Positions 1 through 8,290 of a DNA stretch of 50,466 nucleotides are shown here, in pieces (position 1 is the first letter of the stretch; the number at the start of each line of letters is the position of its first letter). The stretch comes from a virus (lineage: Duplodnaviria > Caudoviricetes), in IMG/VR virus record IMGVR_UViG_3300034781_000002, positions 1 to 50,466 of that record; one strand, 5' to 3'. The notes under the pieces were generated by a model. It was not told where the DNA came from. It saw only the letters and a program-made list of their open reading frames with translations, and ran no database searches. Position numbers and translations under genes: made by a program.

Positions 1-67
1 CCGACAACAACCAGGCCGGCCCACAACACCACGCCCAGACAGAAGGCGAACAACAGATCAACAACCG

Positions 68-904
68 TCAGGCACCCAACTTGCGGGTCCACGGCGTCGG
101 CCACGTCTTCGGGCCAATCACGCCATCCACCTGCATCTTGCAGTTCTTCTGCCACCGACGCACGACGCTGTCCGTCTTCGCTCCGAAGAACCCATCCGCC
201 GTACCCAGGCTCGTCCAACCACGCCTGATCATCTGCGCCTGGAAAGCCTTCACCGCCGGATCCGCCGACTTCTGCTTGTCGTTTCGCCGCAGCTCCCGAC
301 CCGGATAGGCCGGCGCCTTCACCGGCGCGACCGGCGCCGGCTTGACCGGCGGCTTCGGCACAGTCGTCGTGGACGTCTTCTGCGGCGTACCAACCCCAAT
401 CGACGCCAGGTACGCCGCCACCGACTCGCCCTTGAGAATCGACAAGATCGCCTTCATCGCGGTGACACTGTTGCAGTACCGCCGCCGAATCGACAGATGC
501 ACGTGCCACAGATGATCGGCCGACGCTGAACCCACGGTGCGGGCGTACACGTCCCACCGCCGCGCCACCTTGCCGTCCGTCGTGCCATTGAACGCGTTGA
601 TGTACTTGCGCCGAGGATCGTTCACATTCTCGAACGCAGCGATCAACCGCCTCGTACACGTGATCATGTCGGCCGGACTCAGATTCATGTCCACGGCCGA
701 AGCCGTGTTGTCCGGACCCAACCGGTCGTCCGGCCGCACGATCGAATAGTTGGTCTTGGACGTCTGGTCCTCGCGTGAGATGTGGAAACCGCCACGCTTC
801 GCGTGCGCCGTATCCCCCACAATCCCGCTGATCTTGGCTGACTTGTAGACCGCCTTCCAATCAGCCGCGAACTGCTTCATCTCAGCCGTGGCAATGGTGG
901 TCAT
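68..904 (-). CDS. Endolysin: N-terminal His-rich metallopeptidase-like (M15-like) domain plus C-terminal peptidoglycan-binding domain
   Basis: C-terminal ADGFFGAKTDSVVRRWQ...VDGVIGPKTW is the PG_binding_1 signature; N-terminal H-I-S...AVD...HLWHVH metal-ligand pattern; Pro/Thr linker between them. Confidence 0.85.
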   Translation of the reverse strand: MTTIATAEMKQFAADWKAVYKSAKISGIVGDTAHAKRGGFHISREDQTSKTNYSIVRPDDRLGPDNTASAVDMNLSPADMITCTRRLIAAFENVNDPRRKYINAFNGTTDGKVARRWDVYARTVGSASADHLWHVHLSIRRRYCNSVTAMKAILSILKGESVAAYLASIGVGTPQKTSTTTVPKPPVKPAPVAPVKAPAYPGRELRRNDKQKSADPAVKAFQAQMIRRGWTSLGTADGFFGAKTDSVVRRWQKNCKMQVDGVIGPKTWPTPWTRKLGA

Positions 905-1041
905 TCCTCGAACCCCTCATCCCCCGACACGGCAGGGTGACCGCCGTCGTCGTCGTCATCGGGCACCGCGTCCAGGCCATCGGTCGGGTCGTCGTCCACC
1001 TCAGCGGCGGCGTCCTCGATCTCGATCTCGTCGTCCGTCAC
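901..1041 (-). CDS. Small very acidic protein (46 aa) coupled to the endolysin
   Basis: GTG at 1041 preceded by AAGGGAG; its TGA overlaps the endolysin ATG (ATGA). Confidence 0.6.
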   Translation of the reverse strand: MTDDEIEIEDAAAEVDDDPTDGLDAVPDDDDDGGHPAVSGDEGFEE

Positions 1042-1064
1042 GGGGTTCTCCCTTCGGGCATGCG

Positions 1065-1092
1065 AAAAGGCCGCCCCGATCTGGGACGGCCT
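1065..1092 (-). terminator. Intrinsic terminator-like hairpin upstream of the endolysin unit
   Basis: Minus strand AGGCCGTCCC-agatc-GGGGCGGCCT followed by TTT. Confidence 0.5.
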
Positions 1093-1129
1093 GAAATGCA
1101 TTCGGGGCGGACCGATAGGCTCCGCGCCC

Positions 1130-1360
1130 ATGGATGATCAAAAGTTATGGGTCGAAACGAAGGTCAAGCTGCACCCCGAGGCGACCCGCGAGCTGTACGC
1201 GTACACACAGCCACCGCACAAGGTGCCGATCTGGAAGCTGGCCAGCGACGGGCTCCGGCTCTACCTGCGGATCCTGAAAGCCCGCCACGGCGAGGAGGTC
1301 CCCGTGCCCGGCCAGAACGGGCTACACCTGCTGGTCGTACGCACCAAGAACCGCACCTGA
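1130..1360 (+). CDS. Small putative DNA-binding protein (ribbon-helix-helix-like), probably leaderless
   Basis: VETKVKLHPEATRELY...IWKLASDGLRLYL strand-helix-helix pattern; TAGGCT -10-like box at 1116-1121, 8 nt before ATG. Confidence 0.5.
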   Translation: MDDQKLWVETKVKLHPEATRELYAYTQPPHKVPIWKLASDGLRLYLRILKARHGEEVPVPGQNGLHLLVVRTKNRT

Positions 1361-1386
1361 CCTGCGGATATCCACCGTCTGGCTTG

Positions 1387-1437
1387 ATGTCACCTTCAGG
1401 GGGCGTGGTGCAGACCACGCCCCCTGAAAGGCTACAT
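1387..1437. other. Candidate attP (or strong hairpin) just upstream of the integrase
   Basis: Perfect 15-bp inverted repeat TTCAGGGGGCGTGGT (1395-1409) / ACCACGCCCCCTGAA (1414-1428) around GCAG, extending imperfectly to ATGT...ACAT; ~50 bp, as expected for serine-integrase attP. Confidence 0.55.
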
Positions 1438-1474
1438 AAACTGGTAGGCTCGCCCTGACCGCGAGGGAGGGCAT

Positions 1475-3007
1475 ATGACCAGCATGAAGCCGCTGTGCGG
1501 ATATCGGCGACTGTCAGTGGATCGGCACGGAACCAAGATCGGACCCCGTATCCAGACCGACACGTCCGAGGCGTGGGCGGCGCGCGAGGGGCTGGTGATT
1601 GGTCAGTGGTACGAGGACAAGGACACGACGGCTGCCGATGAAGACGTAGTGCGCGAGGGCTTCGAGCAGATGCTCTCAGACCTCGCGGCGGGCATGTGGG
1701 GCGGGATCGCGACGTGGCGAATCGACCGCCTCGTGCGCCTCAGCCCTGACTTCGAACGATGCTTCATGGTGGCCCGCCGCGCTGGCGGATTCATCGTGAC
1801 CACGCACGACGGCATGTCGACGCGCGATCCTAACGGGCTCGTCATGCTGCGAATGCAGACTATGTTCGCGGACGCCGAGGTGGCCGGGATGAAAACCCGC
1901 ATCAAGGCGAACAAGGCGGAACGGCGTAAGAGGGGTGCATTCAAGGGCGGCGGCCGGCGCCCCTTCGGTTTTGCGGGAGCGATCTACGACGAGTCCGGCG
2001 AAAAGGTGGTCAACTCGGGAAAGGTCGGGGTAGAGCATGTGCCGCACGAGGTGGCGCTACTGCGGGACGCGGCGCACCGGATCGCGCGTGGTGGTGAGTC
2101 GTACGGCGACGTGATCAAGGATTGGCATTCGCGGACGCCGCCGGTGTACGGCGCGGTCGGGTCTCCGTGGAATCCGAAGACGTTGCAGAGCATCCTCACG
2201 GCTCCCCGGATCGTCGGGAAGCAGGTCTATCGCGCGACGGATCCGGCCACCGGTGAGGTGGTGGAGGAGTTGGTCAAGGCGGTGTGGGAGCCGGTGATCG
2301 ATGAAGCGACCTGGACTGCACTCAAGGCGTTGGCGCGGCCAGGTAATCACCGAGGGGGGAAGCGGAAGTATCTGCTGAGTGGTGCGGTGTTCTGTGGGCA
2401 GTGCGGGGGTCCGCTGACGGGCGCTATCCGTAAGTATCCAAAAGGCGGCGAGCTGATGGCGACACCGACATATCGGTGCCGCAATGGAACGGCCGACAAG
2501 GAGCGCGGGTCGTGCGGAAAGCTCAGTGTGATCGCGGAGCCGGTGGACAAGCTGGTTGCGGCGCACATCTTGACCCGACTGAGGCGCACCAGGGCGGCCA
2601 TGGCGGGGGTGCTAAGCGAGGACGATGATCGAATTCATCGGGAGCTGGAAGCCGCAACCGCCGAGGTGGACGACTGCGATGCAGAGCTGAACGAGCTGGC
2701 GGCGGAGAAGGGGCGGCTCGGCTCGAAGATGAAGTTCAGCGAATGGGCGGCCATGCGGGAGCCGATCGAACGGCGGCGCGACGCTGCGGAGCGTCGGCAG
2801 GAGGCGCTAAGACAGCAGTTGTCGGTGCCGACTCCGGCGGGCGCCGAATGGAGCGATCTTCCGGCCTGGTGGGAGGGCCTGACGATGGCTCAGCAGCGGA
2901 AGTTGGTTTCGGTGTACGTGCAGGCGGTGAGGGTGTTAGCGCCGGGGCGCAGCGGGCGGCATTTCCGCGCGGAGCGCGTGGTGATTGCGCCGGCCGATGC
3001 GAAGTAG
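1475..3007 (+). CDS. int: Large serine recombinase (phage integrase)
   Basis: YRRLS catalytic Ser motif, WRIDRLVR, RPFGF recombinase domain, CGQCG...YRC...C zinc ribbon, C-terminal coiled coil; GGGAGG RBS. Confidence 0.95.
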   Translation: MTSMKPLCGYRRLSVDRHGTKIGPRIQTDTSEAWAAREGLVIGQWYEDKDTTAADEDVVREGFEQMLSDLAAGMWGGIATWRIDRLVRLSPDFERCFMVARRAGGFIVTTHDGMSTRDPNGLVMLRMQTMFADAEVAGMKTRIKANKAERRKRGAFKGGGRRPFGFAGAIYDESGEKVVNSGKVGVEHVPHEVALLRDAAHRIARGGESYGDVIKDWHSRTPPVYGAVGSPWNPKTLQSILTAPRIVGKQVYRATDPATGEVVEELVKAVWEPVIDEATWTALKALARPGNHRGGKRKYLLSGAVFCGQCGGPLTGAIRKYPKGGELMATPTYRCRNGTADKERGSCGKLSVIAEPVDKLVAAHILTRLRRTRAAMAGVLSEDDDRIHRELEAATAEVDDCDAELNELAAEKGRLGSKMKFSEWAAMREPIERRRDAAERRQEALRQQLSVPTPAGAEWSDLPAWWEGLTMAQQRKLVSVYVQAVRVLAPGRSGRHFRAERVVIAPADAK

Positions 3008-3127
3008 TTGGACGCCAACGGCGATCATGTGCGGGTCGGTCAGTTCGGCGGTGACGCCGTGCTGCGCACACAAGGCGTCGATGGTCGCCTCGGTGTGCCG
3101 CATCGCCTCGTCCCATGTCATCGCCAT
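2936..3127 (-). CDS. Small hypothetical protein convergent on the integrase (candidate recombination directionality factor)
   Basis: 63-aa ORF with CAQHGVTAELTDPHMIAVGVQLL core; overlaps the integrase 3' end. Confidence 0.45.
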   Translation of the reverse strand: MAMTWDEAMRHTEATIDALCAQHGVTAELTDPHMIAVGVQLLRIGRRNHHALRAEMPPAAPRR

Positions 3128-3209
3128 ACCGCGACGCTACGAAGGGCGTCTACGGCACCTGGCCGCGACGGACCGCGCCGCACGCATCGCGGCGTGGGTC
3201 ACGGTTTGG

Positions 3210-3551
3210 TTACGGTTTGCCGAAGGTCTTCGGGGTGTAGGGGTGTTTCGGCGTCTTCTTGACGTGCTGCGGGCCGGCGCTGTTGGTGGGGACCAGGGGG
3301 GTGGGTCCGTTGTCGCGCAGGTCGCGGCGGACCCAGGTTGCGGTGATGTAGATGACGAGCACGACGACGAGGCCGGTGCGCAGGGCGCGGGGCAGGGCGG
3401 TGAACCAGGCGAAGCGGCGCAGGCGTTTGGTCTTGGCCTTGGAGTCCTTGTAGTCGCCGAAGGCGAGGCGCATGTGTTTGTAGGCGGCGCCGAACGCGAA
3501 CGCGATGACGCAGCCGATGATGAGCGCGGTGAGGCTGCTGGTGCTGTTCAT
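3210..3551 (-). CDS. Membrane protein with two TM segments
   Basis: ATG at 3551 with GGAGGG RBS; hydrophobic LTALIIGCVIAFAFGAAY and GLVVVLVIYITATW. Confidence 0.65.
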   Translation of the reverse strand: MNSTSSLTALIIGCVIAFAFGAAYKHMRLAFGDYKDSKAKTKRLRRFAWFTALPRALRTGLVVVLVIYITATWVRRDLRDNGPTPLVPTNSAGPQHVKKTPKHPYTPKTFGKP

Positions 3552-3710
3552 GGGCGGGCCCTCCAGCGGTTGGGGCGGGCCGCGCACCTGTGCGGGGTGC
3601 GCGGCCCTGTGCCCTAGTCGCACCGGCACACGGCGTTGGAGGCGAACACCGGCGGGTAGCTCGGGCTCGCTCAGTATCGCCGCTTGCCGCAACTGATCGC
3701 AACCGTTGCG

Positions 3711-4070
3711 TTACACAGTGGGTGCGTCGCTGGGCGGCACGGGTGCCTGGACCTGCGTGCGGGTGAACATCGCGGCGGCGGCGCCGACGAAGCTCATGAT
3801 CACGGCCTGGTTCTCGGCGGACAGGTCGAGGCCGAAGCCGATGGCCAGGGCGAGCAGGGCCTGCACGAGGCCGAGGAACGCGGGGACCTGGCCTTCGCGG
3901 CGCACGGCCTTGGCGAGTACGAAGCTCAGGCCGGCGGTAGCGACGGCGTTGAGGGCGGCCTGCTGGCCGTCGGACAGGTCGATGACGAACGCGCCGAGCA
4001 GCCGGATGGCGGTGGCCACCAGGGTCAGGATGAGGGCCGGGTCGCGGCCGAAGATCCGGGCGGGGGTCAT
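3711..4070 (-). CDS. Holin-like membrane protein
   Basis: IFGRDPALI start and four short hydrophobic helices with internal duplication (DLSDGQQAAL / DLSAENQAVI), typical of actinophage holins; follows the tail genes. Confidence 0.7.
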   Translation of the reverse strand: MTPARIFGRDPALILTLVATAIRLLGAFVIDLSDGQQAALNAVATAGLSFVLAKAVRREGQVPAFLGLVQALLALAIGFGLDLSAENQAVIMSFVGAAAAMFTRTQVQAPVPPSDAPTV

Positions 4071-4073
4071 GGG

Positions 4074-4523
4074 TCACTCCAGGTTCTCGGGGAGCCGGGG
4101 TGGCTCGGGGTAGGTGGGCTGGGCCCTGCGTAGATCGACCAGGGCGTTGGCGTCCCAGACGCCGTGCGTGGCGAGGACGGCGCGGAGCCGGCTGAACGAC
4201 TCCTCCATGCGGACGACGCGGGATTCGAGGGTGGTGATCTTTTCTCGGCTGGTGGCGAGCTTGTCGGCCGTCAGTGCATCCTTCTCGGCCTGCTGCTGGC
4301 GGAACTCATCCACGAGCTTCGCGGCGTTGGCGAGGAACAGGCTGTCGGTCTCGGCCTTGACCTTCTCGGCGGTCATGCGTGACAGCTCGGCGTCGGCCTT
4401 GGCTTTGTCGTTGATCGCGCGGTCGGCGCGCTTCTTGAGCCAGGCGCCGATGAGCAGTAGCAGGACGGGGCTGAGGCCGCCAAGGAGCTTGAGGAAGTCG
4501 TCCAGGGACATCAATGAGGTCAC
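4074..4523 (-). CDS. Membrane-anchored coiled-coil protein (lysis accessory)
   Basis: N-terminal TM LLGGLSPVLLLLIGAWL then heptad-rich helix; GTGA overlap with the upstream gene. Confidence 0.7.
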   Translation of the reverse strand: MTSLMSLDDFLKLLGGLSPVLLLLIGAWLKKRADRAINDKAKADAELSRMTAEKVKAETDSLFLANAAKLVDEFRQQQAEKDALTADKLATSREKITTLESRVVRMEESFSRLRAVLATHGVWDANALVDLRRAQPTYPEPPRLPENLE

Positions 4524-5041
4524 CCCTGCCGGCGGATGATCTTCACCAGGGTCCAGAAGTGCAGGCCCATGATCGTGGTGAAGTGGGCGTAGAGGATCGG
4601 CGCGTAGGGGGCGGGCTTGGCGCCTTCAATGGCGCCGATGTACCACTGAACGGTGGCGACGCCGAAGCCGACGCAGATGGTCAGGTAGAACGCGGTGAGG
4701 AAGATCAGGCCGACGGTCTCGATCTTGCGGTTGAGCATGATGCAGCCGACGCCGAGGATGAACCCGCCGACGATCAGCAGCATCCCGATACTGGTGGGCG
4801 AGCCGGGCAGCTCCCGCAGGTGCGTCCACGCGGTGCCAGCCATGCCGTCCTGGCCGAGAGCGATGAACGCCGGTCCCATCAGCAGGGCGTAGAGACTGTG
4901 GATCCAGAGCAGGTTGAGCCGGTACCGGCGACTCTCGACGGCCTGTTCCGAGGTGCGCAAGACGTACTCGGTGAAGCCGTCCATGAGGTCGGTGAACATC
5001 TCGATGGGGTCTTGCTGTTGCATGCGCGGGGCGACCGTCAT
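4520..5041 (-). CDS. Multi-pass membrane protein (~4 TM)
   Basis: ATG at 5041 overlaps the upstream TGA; four hydrophobic segments. Confidence 0.7.
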   Translation of the reverse strand: MTVAPRMQQQDPIEMFTDLMDGFTEYVLRTSEQAVESRRYRLNLLWIHSLYALLMGPAFIALGQDGMAGTAWTHLRELPGSPTSIGMLLIVGGFILGVGCIMLNRKIETVGLIFLTAFYLTICVGFGVATVQWYIGAIEGAKPAPYAPILYAHFTTIMGLHFWTLVKIIRRQG

Positions 5042-5361
5042 CCGGCGTCTCCCTCTGGTGCTCGGGCGGCCTTGCGACGCAGCGCCCACTTGACCATCCG
5101 GGCCACCTCGTAGATGAATCCGGTGGCGCTGACGGCTTGGACGAGGTCGTTGAGCAGCATCCAGTGGTTGTCGTGGAACCCGGCGGCGACAGCGACGTGC
5201 GTGATGGCGCAGGTGGTGAAGAACCCGATGCCGAACGCGCGGGCGCGGTTGGTCATCGGCAGCAGCCGCAGGGCGGTGAACGGGACGGCGACGTAGGCGA
5301 GGGTGATCCAGATCGCGAGGCCGATGTGGATCTGGTCAAGCCAGTCGGTGTGGTGGGTCAT
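5038..5361 (-). CDS. Three-TM membrane protein with ethylene-receptor-like AYxxVP and CxxxH motifs
   Basis: ATG at 5361 with AGGAGAGG RBS; 107 aa; LAYVAVP...FFTTCAITHV...QAVSA. Confidence 0.7.
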   Translation of the reverse strand: MTHHTDWLDQIHIGLAIWITLAYVAVPFTALRLLPMTNRARAFGIGFFTTCAITHVAVAAGFHDNHWMLLNDLVQAVSATGFIYEVARMVKWALRRKAARAPEGDAG

Positions 5362-5381
5362 GAGCACGGCACCTCTCCTGG

Positions 5382-7199
5382 TCAGGACTGCCGCGTGTAG
5401 TTCTTCAGGGTGCGGACCATCCGGGCGGCCGGGGAGTACCGGCTGCGGGGGTCCTTGGCCGGCTTGGGTGGGCCGAGGGTGAGGGTGACGGCTTCGGTGC
5501 CGGACTCGTCGATGTCGACGCTGATCTCGGACACGCGGTGGGTTCCGGTGATCAGCTCGCCGCCGAGGGCGATCTTCGCGGTGACGGTGTCGCCGACGTC
5601 GATGTGGGAGCGGCCCTGCCAGAATCCGGTGCGCAGGTGCAGGGTCCAGGTGATCTGCTGGTTGGACAGTTCGGTGAGGCGGCGTTGGGCGGCGGCTTGG
5701 ATGCGGGGCAGGTTGCCGGCGGGGCGGATGCTGGTGTCGGTTTCCTGCGCGTCGCGTTGGCCGTAGGTCGTGACGTCGGTGGGGATGCGGTAGACGACTC
5801 CGCCGGCACTGTCGGAGAAGTAAAGGGTGTTGGCGTACTTGTTGCCGGCGGCCTGGATCTGCCAGCGGGTGATGGGTGACTGTCCGGTGCCGGTGTCGAC
5901 GAGGTACACGCCGTTGTCGGCGCCGCGCCGGTGGGGGGCGAGGCGCAGTTTCGGGCGGGAGCCGATGTTGTCGACCATCTCGACCCACCATTCGAAGGTG
6001 GGCAGGGTGGAGATGGATTGCAGGTTGGTGATGGCCTCGGCGACGGAGGTGCCGGGTGGCAGTTCGACGGGTTCGGTGATGGTGCCGACGAACACGCTGG
6101 TGCCTTCGGTGATCTCGGTGAGGTCGAGGTTCATGTTGGTGGGCACGACGAACCGCAGGATGTCAATGATGTTGGTGCCCTTGCCCCAGGAGGACAGCCC
6201 GGCGGCGGGATGGTTCGCGACGTCGAGGATGAGCCGGTCTTCGAGCAGGGCCCGGTAGTCGGCGTAGGTGGCGGAGACGCGGATCTGCCCGTTGTCGTCC
6301 ATGGACATGTCGACGGTGTCGGCGTTGAATCGGCCGATCGCGTCGAGGGTTTGCCGTTCGGGGTCCTGGCGCAGCCACCACAGGTCGGTGGAGCGCTGTT
6401 CCACGAGGATCGCCTTGTTGCGGGGCAGGGTGAAGTCGGTGCGGGCCTCGTCTGCGGCGTTGAGTCGCAGGGTGAACGATTTGGTGGCGGTGTCGGGCAG
6501 GGTCGTGGAGGGCACCGATGGGTACGTGCCGGCGGGTTGCCCGTAGTTCGGGGTGCCCTTCCACTGGATGCCGGTGTTCCAGGGTCCGACGCCGAGGATG
6601 TGGGTTGTGGGCCGTGGCGCCGGGGTGGGCGCGGCGATCGGGACGTAGGTCGGGGTGGGTGCGGCAGGCGGGAAGGTGGCGGCCGGCTGGTTGGGGCTCA
6701 GGGTGATGCGGAGACCGTCGGGAGTGGCGGTGCCCAGGTAGGGCGTGGTCGTGGTGGGCGTGTCGCAGGTCAGCGGCGCGGCGACGCCGGCTGGTTCGGC
6801 GGTGGTGCTGAACGCGGCGGTGGGGGTGCCCGCCAGGGCGGTCTCGGCGATGCCGGTGGGCAGGGCGACGGCGACAGCGGCCGGGTCTGCGGTGGCGACG
6901 TCGATGGCCAGGTCGCCGGTGGTCGCGGCGGTGGTGAACGTGACCGCCGGGTTGTCCACGCCCGCGGTGTCGGCGATGGCGTCGGGGGTGGCCGCGCGGT
7001 CCCCGGTCTCGGTGGCGTCGGGCTGGTCCGAGTCGACGCCCACAGCTACCCCGTCCGGGACCGCGGTGGCGGTGACGGTGGCGGTCGGCGGGTCGCTGGT
7101 GGTGGCTTCGGCCAGGTCGGCAGGAGTGGTGGTCGCTGTCCACGCCACGGTTCCGCCGAAGGGCCCGGCGCCGAAGGTGCCGCTGCCGAATGCGCTCAA
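5382..7199 (-). CDS. Minor tail protein (N-terminal Ala/Thr/Pro repeats, C-terminal baseplate-hub-like domain)
   Basis: Position after tail genes; C-terminal HIDVGDTVT...HRVSEISVDIDESGTEAVTLTLG typical of siphovirus hub proteins. Confidence 0.75.
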   Translation of the reverse strand: MSAFGSGTFGAGPFGGTVAWTATTTPADLAEATTSDPPTATVTATAVPDGVAVGVDSDQPDATETGDRAATPDAIADTAGVDNPAVTFTTAATTGDLAIDVATADPAAVAVALPTGIAETALAGTPTAAFSTTAEPAGVAAPLTCDTPTTTTPYLGTATPDGLRITLSPNQPAATFPPAAPTPTYVPIAAPTPAPRPTTHILGVGPWNTGIQWKGTPNYGQPAGTYPSVPSTTLPDTATKSFTLRLNAADEARTDFTLPRNKAILVEQRSTDLWWLRQDPERQTLDAIGRFNADTVDMSMDDNGQIRVSATYADYRALLEDRLILDVANHPAAGLSSWGKGTNIIDILRFVVPTNMNLDLTEITEGTSVFVGTITEPVELPPGTSVAEAITNLQSISTLPTFEWWVEMVDNIGSRPKLRLAPHRRGADNGVYLVDTGTGQSPITRWQIQAAGNKYANTLYFSDSAGGVVYRIPTDVTTYGQRDAQETDTSIRPAGNLPRIQAAAQRRLTELSNQQITWTLHLRTGFWQGRSHIDVGDTVTAKIALGGELITGTHRVSEISVDIDESGTEAVTLTLGPPKPAKDPRSRYSPAARMVRTLKNYTRQS

Positions 7200-7223
7200 G
7201 GCTCACCCCGCCGTCTCGTGTGG

Positions 7224-7841
7224 TTATGCGACCTTGAACGCGATCAGGGGCAGGGTGGCCGTGAAGGTTTGCGAGGGCGACGCTGTCGCGGGTAGGACGC
7301 CGGTGCCGTTTTCGAAGTAGGAGTTGACATCGTTGAACGCTGTCGGCCCGCCGCCGATCATGGGGACCTGTGTGGACGCTGCGCCGTTGAAGACCCCGGG
7401 GGTGATGTTGGCTGCTGACAGCGCGAAGCAGTAGTAGCCGACCGTCAGGCTGACCGACAGGCCGGTGATGAGTTTCTGCCCGGTCGTGTCGGTAGCGACC
7501 CCACCCCAGTCGTACAGACGCGCGGCGGGTTTGTTGGCGGCGACGGAGTACAGGCCGATGCGGGTCACCGCGTTGGCCGATCCGGCGGTGGTGACGTTGA
7601 TGCCGACGGCGTCGATCGTGACGTCGGCCGCGATGAACACCGGCAGGTAGGCGACCTGAGAGGCTGGGCTGGTGTAGTTGGCGACTGTTCCGGCGTTGAT
7701 CCGCTGCGTGTAGTAGCGCTGCGAGACGTATCTGGGCGCTGGTGGCAGGCCCGCGTTGAGCATCTCGGCCATCGCGTTGTGGTGCGCGGCGTGCACGGTC
7801 GCCATGTCCGTGCCGTCGGTGAAGTTGCTGGTCAAGGGCAT
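7224..7841 (-). CDS. Minor tail / fibre-associated protein
   Basis: ATG at 7841 just after the upstream stop; beta-rich A/T/G composition; high GC3 codon usage. Confidence 0.65.
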   Translation of the reverse strand: MPLTSNFTDGTDMATVHAAHHNAMAEMLNAGLPPAPRYVSQRYYTQRINAGTVANYTSPASQVAYLPVFIAADVTIDAVGINVTTAGSANAVTRIGLYSVAANKPAARLYDWGGVATDTTGQKLITGLSVSLTVGYYCFALSAANITPGVFNGAASTQVPMIGGGPTAFNDVNSYFENGTGVLPATASPSQTFTATLPLIAFKVA

Positions 7842-7846
7842 GAGCG

Positions 7847-8275
7847 TCAGCCGATCTTGACGATCCGGTTGGTGGTGTTGGCCCAGGCGATGCTCAGCGT
7901 TCCGGCGCCGGGGACGACGGGTAGGCCGGTGCCGGTGTCGAAGTAGGCGATGAGTTTCTGCGACGCGGCGGCGACGTCGGCGCCGCCGGTGACGGCGGAC
8001 GCCTGGTACACGATGAGGTAGTGGTTGACGGCGCTGGCGGTGGTGGTGATGGTGGTGTCGTCGGCGTCGAAGACCCCGCCGGTGATGGTGACGTTGGTCA
8101 GGGCGGCACTGGTGCCGTTGACGACGCCGCCGGCTGCGGTGACGTCGGCCATGGTGGCGTGCGCGGCGCTGAACGCGTAGGCGCGGACCAGAGCGACCTT
8201 GATGCTGGCGGTGTTGAGGTCGTACTCGGCGTTGAGGACGCCCTGCTTGAAGGCGGTGTAGGTGGCGTTGGCCAT
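7847..8275 (-). CDS. Minor tail protein
   Basis: MANATYTAFK...IKVALV...FDADD...LIAYFD pattern of small phage tail/fibre proteins; GGAG RBS. Confidence 0.75.
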   Translation of the reverse strand: MANATYTAFKQGVLNAEYDLNTASIKVALVRAYAFSAAHATMADVTAAGGVVNGTSAALTNVTITGGVFDADDTTITTTASAVNHYLIVYQASAVTGGADVAAASQKLIAYFDTGTGLPVVPGAGTLSIAWANTTNRIVKIG

Positions 8276-8290
8276 CGCGTGGGTCTCCGA

